Assembly: GCA_963674705.1 (NCBI GenBank)
Contig: OY771506.1
Location: forward strand, 1,120,001-1,184,000
Direction of reading: 5' to 3'
DNA from: Phycisphaeraceae bacterium
GTDB taxonomy: Bacteria > Planctomycetota > Phycisphaerae > Phycisphaerales > Phycisphaeraceae
Length of the DNA: 64,000 nt
A program made the position numbers and the translations under genes. Below, one piece after another: positions 9,871 to 19,887 of this stretch. Below the pieces are notes generated by a model. That model worked only from the letters and a program-made list of their open reading frames with translations. It was not told where the DNA came from and did not search any database. Position 1 is the first letter of the stretch; every line of letters begins with the position of its first letter.

Positions 9871-11447
9871 GGTTGTGACTTCACCTCACCGTTACGGTGC
9901 GCCTCGTTCAGACGCGTAAGCGCCATATCAGCGATTTCCTTCGCCGTCGAGACTTCTTCCCACTTCCGACGCGCCAGAGCACCGAACCCGCCCTTCGGTG
10001 GTTGCATTTCGTTCTTAAAGTATTCGATAAACACGCGCCCGATCCAACGCGTCACCAGCGCCTGCGTCAGGCCCTGGATCGCCCCGCCGGTCAGCGTCCC
10101 GATGCCCGGCACACTCTTAAGCGCCGAGCCGATCATCGAACCCAACACTGGCCCCGCCGCATTCGCACCCAGCACCGTGACCAGGTTCTTGCTCAGTTCC
10201 TTGAGCAATTGCTCGGCTGTGCCCAGATCGATTTCCTGGCGATAAATCCGCGCAAGCTCCAGCACCATCTTCGTCGAGATCGTCACGCCCGCCGCGATGT
10301 CGACCATCGGCATCGGAATCACCGCCGCAACCGCGCCGGCACGCCACATGTAAATGTGAATCAACTTGTTCGCACGCTTATCCAGCGCCGCCTGCACCTG
10401 CTCCCGCGCATCATCCGCCAGCGCACGCGAACGCAGAAGCAGATTCGCCAGCAGCATGTCGCGCCCGTCGCGGTCGATCGTCCCAAGCATACGACGTGCC
10501 AGCACGCTGATATCCGGCGGAACGTCAAGTTGTTCATGCTCTTCGCTGCCGTCCGCTTTTACGCGCACTCGTGTTTTACTGATCGGCCTCGCCTGCACCG
10601 CCGTCACATCGCGCGGATCGACCCACGGCCGAACCTGCTTGGAAATCTGACGGATCAGATCGTTCTTCTGATCATCCCCGTACCAGTCCGTCTTGTTCAG
10701 GCACACGTGTAAGGGTTTCTTCAATCCACCCAGCACCTTCAGCGTCTCGAACTCGCTTTCACGCAAAGGCCCATCCAGCACCAGCAGCACCAGGTCCGCG
10801 TGCTCCGCCGCTTCCTTGGCGATCTTCGCGTGCTTCTCGTTATCCACTTCCCCGATACCCGGCGTATCCACGAGCATCACACGGTCGCCGCCTGTCCAGG
10901 GCACTTCGTTGCGTGTCGTCGTCGTGCCGCCACGCACGTTGGTCTGGAACACCTCTCGGCCGCACAGAGCATTCAATAGCGCGCTCTTGCCGCTTGAGAT
11001 CGTGCCGAACGCGATGATCTCCAGCGTCTGGCTCTCGCGCTTCTGCTCCAGCACCGCAAGCTGCTCATCCAGTTCGCCCCGCTCGGCGCCGGACATCTGA
11101 AGGTCCTGTGCGACCTCGTTGACTTCATGGATCTGGCTGTCGATCGCGTCCTCGATTTCCCGTTCGGTCATCTGTGACGGGTCCAACATCCGCTGGTCTC
11201 GCCGTTTCTGCTTCCGGCGTGAATTGCGGACAAGCGTCACGATGATCCGGGCCATCACCCCCGCGATGATCAGCGCTCCCAGCGACACCGCGGCGAGGTA
11301 GAGATACGCAAACACTGCCCCGTGCTGGGCCGCCTTGTTGTAGTTTTCAACGATCGTGCCCGGGAATTGAATCAGCACAACCCCTACCACGGTTGCCAGG
11401 ATCAGCAACAGTATGCCGTTTAGGGTTTGTGACATTCGTGAGAACAT
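9867..11447 (-). CDS. Membrane-anchored Era-like GTPase with DUF697 domain
   Basis: Two N-terminal TMs; GTISSGKS, DTPG, NKTD; IPMPMVD and QALVTRWIG region; 4-nt overlap with downstream paralog. Confidence 0.85.
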   Translation of the reverse strand: MFSRMSQTLNGILLLILATVVGVVLIQFPGTIVENYNKAAQHGAVFAYLYLAAVSLGALIIAGVMARIIVTLVRNSRRKQKRRDQRMLDPSQMTEREIEDAIDSQIHEVNEVAQDLQMSGAERGELDEQLAVLEQKRESQTLEIIAFGTISSGKSALLNALCGREVFQTNVRGGTTTTRNEVPWTGGDRVMLVDTPGIGEVDNEKHAKIAKEAAEHADLVLLVLDGPLRESEFETLKVLGGLKKPLHVCLNKTDWYGDDQKNDLIRQISKQVRPWVDPRDVTAVQARPISKTRVRVKADGSEEHEQLDVPPDISVLARRMLGTIDRDGRDMLLANLLLRSRALADDAREQVQAALDKRANKLIHIYMWRAGAVAAVIPMPMVDIAAGVTISTKMVLELARIYRQEIDLGTAEQLLKELSKNLVTVLGANAAGPVLGSMIGSALKSVPGIGTLTGGAIQGLTQALVTRWIGRVFIEYFKNEMQPPKGGFGALARRKWEEVSTAKEIADMALTRLNEAHRNGEVKSQP

Positions 11448-11668
11448 GCGGGCTCGTATCCACGGATCAGCGTTCTAAGGCCGATCGGGCGTCGGCGGGC
11501 GAATTATAGTAGGCCGACGGCAAAGGCGTCACGAGCCCCCCACCGAAACCGGCACAGTTACCTAACATCGGCTAATTACAAGTGTTGGCTGAATTACACT
11601 ACGCCCGATAGTATCGGGCGGTTCGCAGCGTTGACCATCAGAATCCGCTTAATGTCCCAACCCGACAT

Positions 11669-11821
11669 CGCTCGGCGCGGGTCTCCCGACCCCGCCGAAA
11701 CAGCCGACCGAAGGTCTCCAACGCTTCGGTGCTTGAAAGCTACGCCGGCTGCATGGTGGAATAGAACAGATGGAGACCTGCGGTCACATCGACGGCGGGG
11801 TCGGGAGACCCGCGCCGAGCG
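11669..11821. repeat. Complete inverted pair of REP family A (MITE/REPIN-like, 153 bp)
   Basis: CGCTCGGCGCGGGTCTCCCGACCCCGCCG..GACCGAAGGTCTCCA ... TGGAGACCTGCGGTC..CGGCGGGGTCGGGAGACCCGCGCCGAGCG. Confidence 0.88.
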
Positions 11822-11839
11822 CAGGCGCTGAGCGCAGTT

Positions 11840-12336
11840 CTATACCGATGAAAATGCGTACCATGCCCCAATAAAGCCAGTAATACCAAACAGTATGGTA
11901 CCCCCTATTGCGGTAAGAACACATTCGCAAAACGCAAATAACAATGCATAGAACCAAGCTGGTTTCGATTTGTCCTTATAGGCTTCACCATATCTGTACT
12001 TTTGAGCAAGCATAAAACGTTTACTTAGATAACATCCATGAAGTATCGGTGGGCTTAATGCCGTTGCGACCATACCAGCAAATAAAAGTGTGCCGACCAA
12101 TACCGATTGGTTATCCATCAAGATTACAAAGATAAATATCACGGGCACAGCTACTATGGCCCAGAGAATCGCGTACAGGATTATTTGCCTCGGATTTTGG
12201 CGGGCAATTGCATGACGCGTTCTTGTTTTTTGGCTAATTCGTTTGGGTCGTATTCTCGTCCGCATTCCGGGCAACGATGAATTTCGAGCCCGGTTAGGTT
12301 ATAGCTGCAATCAGGACAATATAGAGTCACAGGCAT
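11840..12336 (-). pseudogene. Frameshifted Zn-ribbon membrane protein (pseudogene, slippage gene or sequencing error)
   Basis: ATG 12336 gives MPVTLYCPDCSYNLTGLEIHRCPECGREYD..GK* (stop 12181-12183). The TM region continues in the -1 frame to 11840. One extra A in the A6 run (T6 at 12226-12231) would fuse them into a 165-aa ORF. Confidence 0.75.
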
Positions 12337-12394
12337 AGCGGTTACCCCGTATGGCAAAATCGAAACCGCATCAGTGTACCCGCGCCGAGCGCTG

Positions 12395-13873
12395 TTAATT
12401 CACCGATTCTTCGTCCGTCGGCTGAAACGTTGCCCAATCGAAACCGACTTCGGCCAGCACGCGCTCCAGCTCGGTGGTTCTTGCGGGGAAGATCTTGTGC
12501 AGGCTCTTGATTTGTGCCGGTTCGCCGTAGGTTCCGAGGTACAGCCGAACGAACTCGGCGAAGTCTTCGGAGGGATTCAATCTGCCGTAGTGGGAGACGG
12601 AGAGGATGTCGCTGTTGAGTGCATCTTCCCACGATAACGCGCAATCGGTCTTGCTCATCAAGAGGTGGCCGATCTCGTGGCTGAGTGTGGAGTCGAGCAC
12701 GCCGAGGTCCGCCGGGCCGCCGAGGCGCACCCACATGTTGTCGCCCCCGCCGTTGAATTCATTGGCTGTGCCGTAGGGTTCGACCGTGACTTTGTTGAGC
12801 ATCACACGTAAGGAAGCGGGTAGGCTCGCCAGCGCCTTGGGCACATTCTCGCGTTCGCTCGCCTTTTCCAGCGGCGTGTACAGCGTCACCTCGTGCCCAT
12901 CCTCGAACGTGATCGTCTGCATGAAGCCTTCACGCTTCGCGTTGTTCCATCCGTCGTACGTCGTCGGCTGCGCATCGCTGACGGCGAACTTATCCCGATG
13001 ACGTACCGGTCCGCGCTGTGTATTCTCCGAACACCAGCCGCGCAGATGCCCGGATAGCACCTTCACCTGCTGCCAGTAAGGAAGTTCATCGTAGTTCACC
13101 GCTTCCAGCAGGTTGCTGAAGTCCTTGCGGTGAGTTTCGGAAAACAGCGTCGGCCCTTCGAGTAGGTCAACTAATAAATCACCTTCCGCTTCGGGCAATT
13201 CAAAGAACCCGCTGCTTTTGAAAACTCTTCTATATGCTTTTTCCGGATGGTCACCGGCCGACTCCGGTGATTCCATCGCTTGCCTGGCTTCTTCCACCAA
13301 AGCAGTTGAAACGCGGAACGCTTCATCGGGGATCAATTCAAAATCATCTCCGCCCGGCTTCTTCCACTTCACAAACAGCTTCGCGCCGCCATCACCCTGG
13401 TAGAAGCGCGCGTGAATATCCACCCAACCCTCATCGAGTTGGCGCATCCCCCGGCTGGGCGGTTTGCTGCCGTTGACCCAAACGTCTTTTGCGAGAAATT
13501 CACCATCCAGATAAATCTCTACACCGTCATCGCTATCCAGATCGAACTCATACTCGCCTGCCTCGGGGATATGCAGTTGCCCGCGAATCTCCATCTGGAT
13601 CGATTCCTTCGGCCCATCGAAACCTTCCTGCTTCGTGAAGTGCAAACCATCCAGCACACCCACGCTCGCAGGCGGTACGCCCGGCAAAAGATTACGAACC
13701 GTCTTCGGCCGGCGCGGCAATTCGTACAGTTCGTACAACAAGCCCGGCTGGGTTTCATCACCCGAATCCGCAGCCGTTACCGAGCGCACGCCCAGCCCAA
13801 GCAACAGCCCGAGGATACACCCCGCCAACACGCCGAACATGCCGGCCCGACAGTAAATCGATTGTGAGTTCAT
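12395..13873 (-). CDS. Exported PA14-domain protein with C-terminal HExxH zinc-metallopeptidase-like domain
   Basis: Signal peptide; PA14 motifs (GEYEFDLDSDDG, FYQGDGGAKL..W); HEIGH..YGRLNPSEDFAE; start chosen at 13873. Confidence 0.75.
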   Translation of the reverse strand: MNSQSIYCRAGMFGVLAGCILGLLLGLGVRSVTAADSGDETQPGLLYELYELPRRPKTVRNLLPGVPPASVGVLDGLHFTKQEGFDGPKESIQMEIRGQLHIPEAGEYEFDLDSDDGVEIYLDGEFLAKDVWVNGSKPPSRGMRQLDEGWVDIHARFYQGDGGAKLFVKWKKPGGDDFELIPDEAFRVSTALVEEARQAMESPESAGDHPEKAYRRVFKSSGFFELPEAEGDLLVDLLEGPTLFSETHRKDFSNLLEAVNYDELPYWQQVKVLSGHLRGWCSENTQRGPVRHRDKFAVSDAQPTTYDGWNNAKREGFMQTITFEDGHEVTLYTPLEKASERENVPKALASLPASLRVMLNKVTVEPYGTANEFNGGGDNMWVRLGGPADLGVLDSTLSHEIGHLLMSKTDCALSWEDALNSDILSVSHYGRLNPSEDFAEFVRLYLGTYGEPAQIKSLHKIFPARTTELERVLAEVGFDWATFQPTDEESVN

Positions 13874-14114
13874 ATCCCAAATAGTAGCGTACGAAAACAC
13901 CTGACAACGGCCCGATCGCGTTACAACTATTCGTTACATTAAGATTTTTCGAGGGGCGATCTCACCGCCGCGTCAGCGTCCGCATGACCACGGTAAAGAA
14001 GACGTACAAAACCACTTACGCTACCATGACGGCTCAACGTTCCGGAATAGCGCAAAACGATCTTGCGAATCCGGGTGTATCTTGAGTGACCGTGTCATAT
14101 GAATTGGGGGCAGC

Positions 14115-14855
14115 TTGGACGCAGGTAAAAATCAGAAGAGTCTCATATACGGTATCACCGGCCTGGTCCTGCAAGTGGGCGGGCTCTTTGTAGCGCCGGT
14201 CGCGAATGAAATCGATCCCGCAACCGGCCCTCTTTTTACTATGACCGCAATGCTGGCCGGTATCGCGCTACTGATCGTCGGCTTGGGGTATTACGCATCC
14301 GCTAAGGGCCATTCTTGGGTTTGGGGACTGGTCGGCATGCTGAGCATCATTGGCTTGCTGATCCTCGCGGCGCTGCCCGACCGCAATCTTGTGCGCATCA
14401 ATCCGCAATCGACAGACATGGACCCATCCAAACCCGTCACCGTTGGCGGGCTGGTGTTCCGCTGTCTCGGGTGCAACTATATCCTTAACGGAAGCACCGC
14501 ATCGGCCTGCCCGGAATGCGGACGCACTTTCAACGTGCATGACCCTTCCACGATGCGCGTCAATGATGCGCTGGGTCGCGGCGTCTCGAACATCGATCCC
14601 GCCCCATGGACCGCACGCTGGAGCCTGATCTGCGGCATCATCGGAATAATCACTTTTTGCGTGCCGTTTTTCAGTATCGTCGCACCGATCTGCGGTATTT
14701 CATTCGGTCACATGGCGCGAAGCAGCACCCGTGGCAAAATGCACCTCCGCGGCACCGCCGGCCTTGCACTGGCGGGCTTGATCGTCAGTTACACTGCGCT
14801 CGCGCTGTCCCTGGCTATGACCGCATTTATGATTGTCTCGTTAGCGACACAATAG
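14115..14855 (+). CDS. Multi-pass membrane protein with internal Zn ribbon and DUF4190-like C-terminus
   Basis: TMs, KGHSW..G motif, CLGCNYILNG..CPECG, then SLICGI..GH.AR...G.GLALAGLIVSY. Confidence 0.75.
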   Translation: MDAGKNQKSLIYGITGLVLQVGGLFVAPVANEIDPATGPLFTMTAMLAGIALLIVGLGYYASAKGHSWVWGLVGMLSIIGLLILAALPDRNLVRINPQSTDMDPSKPVTVGGLVFRCLGCNYILNGSTASACPECGRTFNVHDPSTMRVNDALGRGVSNIDPAPWTARWSLICGIIGIITFCVPFFSIVAPICGISFGHMARSSTRGKMHLRGTAGLALAGLIVSYTALALSLAMTAFMIVSLATQ

Positions 14856-14926
14856 CCACGCATCGCTGCACAAATACAGCGCGGCAATGAATGGATAAAG
14901 CGTTATTCGTGTGGAAACGCAGGGTT

Positions 14927-16033
14927 TTACCCCACCGCCGCGGCGCTTAGCGCTTCGATCACCATGTCGCCGACTTCCGAGCAGCTATAGCCCGAGCGGT
15001 CGAGTTGTTTGCCTGCGAATTTAGGTGTCACCGCCTGAACAGCCTGGCCGATCTTTTCGCCGCAGCGCAGGGCCGCATCGTCGCCCTTGATCCGCCCGAC
15101 TTCACGCAGCAATAGACCGATCGAATCGATCGCCGCGATCGGGTTGGCCTTGTTTTGGCCGGCGATATCCGGGGCGCTGCCGTGGACGGGCTCAAACATG
15201 CTGGGGGCTGTGCCGTCGGGATTGAGGTTGCCCGATGAAGCGACGCCCATGCCGCCGGCGATCGCGGCGCCGAGGTCCGTGATGATGTCGCCGAACATGT
15301 TAGGCACGACGATCACGTCATACATCTCCGGCCGTGTAGCCATGTACATACAGCAGGCGTCGACGTGGTGATACACGCGCTGAATATCCGGGTAATCCGC
15401 TTCGCCCACTTCGTTGAACGTGCGGAACCAGGTATCGCCGCAGTGCGTCAGCACGTTGGTCTTGTGTACGAGTGTGAGTTGGCCGGGGTAGCCCTGGGCC
15501 TTACGCGTCCGCGCCAGGTCGAAGGCGAACCGCACGCAGCGCTCGGCGCCGAAGCGCGTCGCGATCATTTCCTGTGTGCTGATTTCCTGGGCCGTGCCCT
15601 TCCGAGCGATCCCGCCGTTGCCGCAGTAGAGGTCTTCGGTGTTCTCTCGCACGCAGACAAAGTCGATGTCCTTCGGCGTCTTGTTCTTGATCGGCGTCTC
15701 CACGCCCGGGTACAGCTTCACCGGCCGCAGGTTGATGTACTGATCCAGGTCGAACCGCAGCTTCAGCAGCAGCCCCTTCTCTAAAATGCCCGGTTTAACA
15801 TCCGGCGTGCCGACCGCGCCGAGCATGATCGCGTCATAAGCCTTGAGCGCCTCAACCTGCTCATCTGTAATGACTTCGCCGGTCTTGAGATAGTGCTCCC
15901 CGCCGTAGGGCATGTCCGTGGTGGTGTACGAAAGCCCCTCAGGCTTGGCGATCGCGTCCATCACGCGCAACGCCTGCCCCACCACCTCCGGGCCCACACC
16001 ATCCCCACCAATCACCGCGATCTTCAACGCCAT
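14927..16033 (-). CDS. leuB: 3-isopropylmalate dehydrogenase
   Basis: GDGVGPEV, LLGAVG-like, INLRPVKL, RENTEDLY, NMFGDIITD, FEPVHGSAPDIAG. Confidence 0.88.
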   Translation of the reverse strand: MALKIAVIGGDGVGPEVVGQALRVMDAIAKPEGLSYTTTDMPYGGEHYLKTGEVITDEQVEALKAYDAIMLGAVGTPDVKPGILEKGLLLKLRFDLDQYINLRPVKLYPGVETPIKNKTPKDIDFVCVRENTEDLYCGNGGIARKGTAQEISTQEMIATRFGAERCVRFAFDLARTRKAQGYPGQLTLVHKTNVLTHCGDTWFRTFNEVGEADYPDIQRVYHHVDACCMYMATRPEMYDVIVVPNMFGDIITDLGAAIAGGMGVASSGNLNPDGTAPSMFEPVHGSAPDIAGQNKANPIAAIDSIGLLLREVGRIKGDDAALRCGEKIGQAVQAVTPKFAGKQLDRSGYSCSEVGDMVIEALSAAAVG

Positions 16034-16279
16034 GGCTCGTAATCTCCACGTAATAAGTTCAGGAAAGCCCTACTTTATAGACCACCGGGCCCGCTCGATC
16101 AATGTGGCGACCTAAAGCCGCGATCGGCGGCGGCGCTACCGCCGGCCCGCGTTCCCATTTCATCCACAAATCCGCCTGTGACTGAACCGCTCCGCTTAAA
16201 ACCACGTCTTATCCTGTAACGGGCCCATCAGGCCGGATCACGACGACGCACCCATCACGTGCACGCAAAGGAGCTTGGT

Positions 16280-16900
16280 ATGCGACAGGTCACCGGTTTG
16301 CTGATCCTCTTCTTCTTAATGATCACATCACCCAAGGCGCTGGACGGCCTGTTTGCCGTTGACGATCCGGCCACGCCAGATACCAACCGGGATTTATACC
16401 GTGACACCGACTTGACGCCCTTGATCGAATATGAGGACCCTTTTGAAGTCGACGGTCATCGTCCGGGCGTCGTCGGCCTGGATACTGATAGAGTGCCTTG
16501 GTTCGAAACCGGTTTTACCCTGGACGGCATCAACTTGGCATTAGATTGCTACGAACCGATCGACATTACCAACAACCCAAGCGATCTGTGGCTTGTTGAT
16601 GTCGACGTCAATCGCAGTGCGACGGAGGACGAGAGCTTCGGCCGATCAGTCCCCGCCGATCATGTCAATTACTTCATATCAACAGATACACTGGATTGTG
16701 CAAAGCATGCCATCGACAAGACAGGTTTTTCTGTGATGCGATTCGTGCCCGTTGAACCGGCCTCGACCCCGGTCTGGCGCAAATCGGGTTCGCGCGTGAT
16801 CGGTCGTATTGTCGATGGCTCCGGCACATCTTTGACCGAGATATGTGTCGTCCCCCTCATCGACTCGTCGTCCAGTTCACGACACGGTATCTCCAGGTAG
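16280..16900 (+). CDS. Hypothetical exported protein
   Basis: SD AAGGAG before ATG 16280; N-terminal hydrophobic segment; no recognised motif. Confidence 0.55.
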   Translation: MRQVTGLLILFFLMITSPKALDGLFAVDDPATPDTNRDLYRDTDLTPLIEYEDPFEVDGHRPGVVGLDTDRVPWFETGFTLDGINLALDCYEPIDITNNPSDLWLVDVDVNRSATEDESFGRSVPADHVNYFISTDTLDCAKHAIDKTGFSVMRFVPVEPASTPVWRKSGSRVIGRIVDGSGTSLTEICVVPLIDSSSSSRHGISR

Positions 16901-17113
16901 ATTGTTTGATAAATATTCCGGGACCGGATTGGATCATGTGACGTAGTCACCTTGCCCGGCTACGGAATGTTTGCAGTTATACGTATGAACCGCAGTTATT
17001 CCGTCTGCGGCAGATATCCACCGCTTGACAGCAAACCGATGGCACGCATCCTATGATATTGTCAAGACTCGAACTTACGCGATTAACCTGACTGATATTA
17101 AGCTGGGTAGACC

Positions 17114-17587
17114 ATGGCGGGATCACCGGATAACAAAACAACCGTCGGCTGGCGCGAGTACGTTGCACTGCCGGACTGGGGCATCCCTCGGCTGCGGGCG
17201 AAGATCGATACCGGCGCACGCACCAGCGCGATCCATGTCGCGCAGATCGAGGAGCTGGACAACGGGCACATCCGTTTCGAGGTCGTCATCCGCGAGCGGC
17301 CGAAGCATGAAACCGTCTGGGTCGATGCCGTGCCGGTCGTTCGGGAATCCACCGTCAAGCCCAGCAGCGGCCACCGCCAGCAGCGGCCGGTCGTGCACAC
17401 GAAGATGGTGATCGGCGGGGTCGAGCGCGAGATCGAGATCAGCCTCGTCTGTCGCAAGGGTATGCTCTGCCGGATGCTTGTCGGGCGCTCGGCGTTGGAT
17501 GGTGTGTTTGTTGTCGATCCCTCCAGGCGCTACCTCGCTTCCAGACCGAAAAAGACCAGAAGTGAAAAGAAGGGCGGCCGAATATGA
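17114..17587 (+). CDS. RimK-associated retropepsin-like protease (RimB / 'ATP-dependent zinc protease' family)
   Basis: VGWREYV.LP..GI..AKIDTGARTSAIH, MLVGR; overlaps rimK start. Confidence 0.88.
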   Translation: MAGSPDNKTTVGWREYVALPDWGIPRLRAKIDTGARTSAIHVAQIEELDNGHIRFEVVIRERPKHETVWVDAVPVVRESTVKPSSGHRQQRPVVHTKMVIGGVEREIEISLVCRKGMLCRMLVGRSALDGVFVVDPSRRYLASRPKKTRSEKKGGRI

Positions 17588-18792
17588 AGCTCGCAATCCT
17601 CTCCACCTCGCTGAAGTGCTACAGCACGCAGCGTTTCAAACAGGCCGCCGAGCAGCGCGGGCATACGGTCAAGGTGCTTAACACACTCCGCTTTTCCATC
17701 GGTCTGGATCACAACGAGCCCGAACTCTACTTCCGCGGCAAAGAACTCAGCGACTACGACGCCATCCTCCCGCGCATCGGCGCATCGATCACCTACTACG
17801 GCACCGCCGTCGTGCGCCAGTTCGAACAGATGGATGTCTACACCCCCAACACCGCCTACGGCATCAGCAATTCTCGCGACAAGCTCCGTTCGCTGCAGAT
17901 CCTCAGCCGACACGACATCGGCATCCCGCGTACGGCATTTGTGCGCAACCGCAAGGATGTCCTGCCCGCCATCGAACGCGTCGGCGGAGCGCCGGTTGTG
18001 ATTAAGCTCATCGAAGGCACGCAGGGCGTCGGCGTCATCCTCGCCGAGAGCGACAAGATCGCAGAGGCCATCATCGAAACACTGCACGGCGCGCAGCAGA
18101 ACGTGCTGATTCAGAAGTTCGTCGCCGAGAGCAAGGGCAAAGATGTCCGCGCTTTTGTCGTGGGTGATCGTGTCGTCGCGGCGATGCGGCGGGTCGCACA
18201 GGGCCAGGAGTTCCGCAGCAACGTTCATCGTGGCGGTAAAGCCGAACCGATCGAGCTGACGCCCGAATACGAAGCCACCGCCGTCCAGGCCGCCCAGATC
18301 CTCGGCCTGCGCGTTGCCGGCGTCGATATGCTTGAGAGCAACTCCGGCCCGCAGGTCATGGAGGTCAACTCCTCCCCCGGTTTGGAAGGCATCGAAGGCG
18401 CGACCGAGTTGGACGTTGCCGGCGCTGTGATCGACTACATCGCCGGGCGCGTCAACCTGCCTGAAATCGACATCCGCCAACGCCTCACCGTCAGTGCGTC
18501 CTATGGTGTCGCTGAAATCCACGTCCCCGACGGCTCCGACCTGATCGGAAAAACAATCGAAGCCTCCGGCCTGCGCGACCGCGACATCGCCATCCTCACC
18601 CTCAACCGCGGCACCAGCGTCATCTCCAATCCCAAAGGTTCGCGCACCATCGAACCCGGCGACCGCATGCTATGTTATGGCAAGCTCGAATCCATGCGCG
18701 ACCTCGTCCCCGAAAAGAAACGACGAAAACGCAAGATGAAGGTACAACCGCTCGATCCCGAACTGGTCAAGGATATCGAGGAGGCCATGTGA
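17584..18792 (+). CDS. rimK: RimK-family alpha-L-glutamate ligase with C-terminal TrkA-C (RCK_C) domain
   Basis: PRIGASIT, RDKLRSLQ, GTQGVGV, EFRSNVHRGG, EVNSSPGLEGIE; extra ~100 aa (LIGKTIEASGLR..I..L.RG....NP....IEPGD.M..YG). Confidence 0.92.
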   Translation: MKLAILSTSLKCYSTQRFKQAAEQRGHTVKVLNTLRFSIGLDHNEPELYFRGKELSDYDAILPRIGASITYYGTAVVRQFEQMDVYTPNTAYGISNSRDKLRSLQILSRHDIGIPRTAFVRNRKDVLPAIERVGGAPVVIKLIEGTQGVGVILAESDKIAEAIIETLHGAQQNVLIQKFVAESKGKDVRAFVVGDRVVAAMRRVAQGQEFRSNVHRGGKAEPIELTPEYEATAVQAAQILGLRVAGVDMLESNSGPQVMEVNSSPGLEGIEGATELDVAGAVIDYIAGRVNLPEIDIRQRLTVSASYGVAEIHVPDGSDLIGKTIEASGLRDRDIAILTLNRGTSVISNPKGSRTIEPGDRMLCYGKLESMRDLVPEKKRRKRKMKVQPLDPELVKDIEEAM

Positions 18793-19865
18793 CAAGCACA
18801 CTCGGTGGTATCGGTGATTGGGATAACGTCCACGTCGAGCCCGGCCAACGCGCCGAAGTGCATATCACCGTCACGCAAGGCTACGCCGGCAGCAACATCA
18901 ATATCCCCGTCTACATCTGGCGAGCCAAAAAGCCCGGTCCGACCGTTTCGATTACCGCCGCCGTCCACGGCGATGAAATCAACGGCACCGGCACGATCCG
19001 GCAACTCATCATCGACGAGCCTTTCAAACTCATCGCCGGCACACTCGTGCTTGTACCCGTCATCAATATCCTCGGCTTCGAGCGGCACTCCCGATACATG
19101 CCCGATCGGCGCGACCTCAACCGCAGCTTCCCCGGCTCACGCACCGGCAGCCTCGCCCGGCGCTTCGCCCGCGTGGTCCACGACAACATCATCCAGCGCT
19201 GCGACTACGGCATCGACCTGCACACCGCCGCCGTCCGCCGAACCAACTTCCCCAACGTCCGCGCCGACATGTCCGATCCCAGGCTGGCCGACTTCGCACG
19301 CGCCTTCGGCTCGGAACTGATCATCTCAAGCCAGGGGCCGCTCGGTTCACTGCGCCGCAGCGCCTGCAAGGCCGGCAAACCCACCCTCATCCTCGAAGCA
19401 GGCGAAGTCTGGAAAGTCGAGCCCGGCATCGTCGAATATGCACTGCGCGGCATCCGAAACTGCCTCATCTACCTCGGTATGGTCAAGGGCAAACAAAGAC
19501 AACCTGCCTACCGCGTCGAAGCAAGCAAAACCCGATGGGTCCGCGCACTGCACGGCGGGCTGCTTACTTTCCACAGCTCGCCCGGCGACATCGTCCGTAA
19601 GGGCGAAGCGCTCGCCACCAACACCAGCCTGCTAGGCACCGAACAGAACGTCATCGAATCCCCCATTAACGGCATCATCCTCGGCATGACGACCATCCCC
19701 AGCGTCGCACCGGGTGACCCGATCTACCACATCGTCCGCGTCGATCCTGACGCGCTAAAGGAAGTTGAAAAAGCCCGTGAAGCCCTGTCTGAAATGAGCC
19801 TGCATCACCGTTTACACGACGACCTTGCATCGAGCGTCTTCGTCACCGAAGAGGATGAGGACTGA
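18789..19865 (+). CDS. Succinylglutamate desuccinylase/aspartoacylase (M14-like) family protein
   Basis: AAVHGDEING, DLNRSFPG, IDLHT, EAGE; GTG start overlapping rimK stop. Confidence 0.88.
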   Translation: MTSTLGGIGDWDNVHVEPGQRAEVHITVTQGYAGSNINIPVYIWRAKKPGPTVSITAAVHGDEINGTGTIRQLIIDEPFKLIAGTLVLVPVINILGFERHSRYMPDRRDLNRSFPGSRTGSLARRFARVVHDNIIQRCDYGIDLHTAAVRRTNFPNVRADMSDPRLADFARAFGSELIISSQGPLGSLRRSACKAGKPTLILEAGEVWKVEPGIVEYALRGIRNCLIYLGMVKGKQRQPAYRVEASKTRWVRALHGGLLTFHSSPGDIVRKGEALATNTSLLGTEQNVIESPINGIILGMTTIPSVAPGDPIYHIVRVDPDALKEVEKAREALSEMSLHHRLHDDLASSVFVTEEDED

Positions 19866-19887
19866 GTTTTATTACTTCCGGTGTGCC

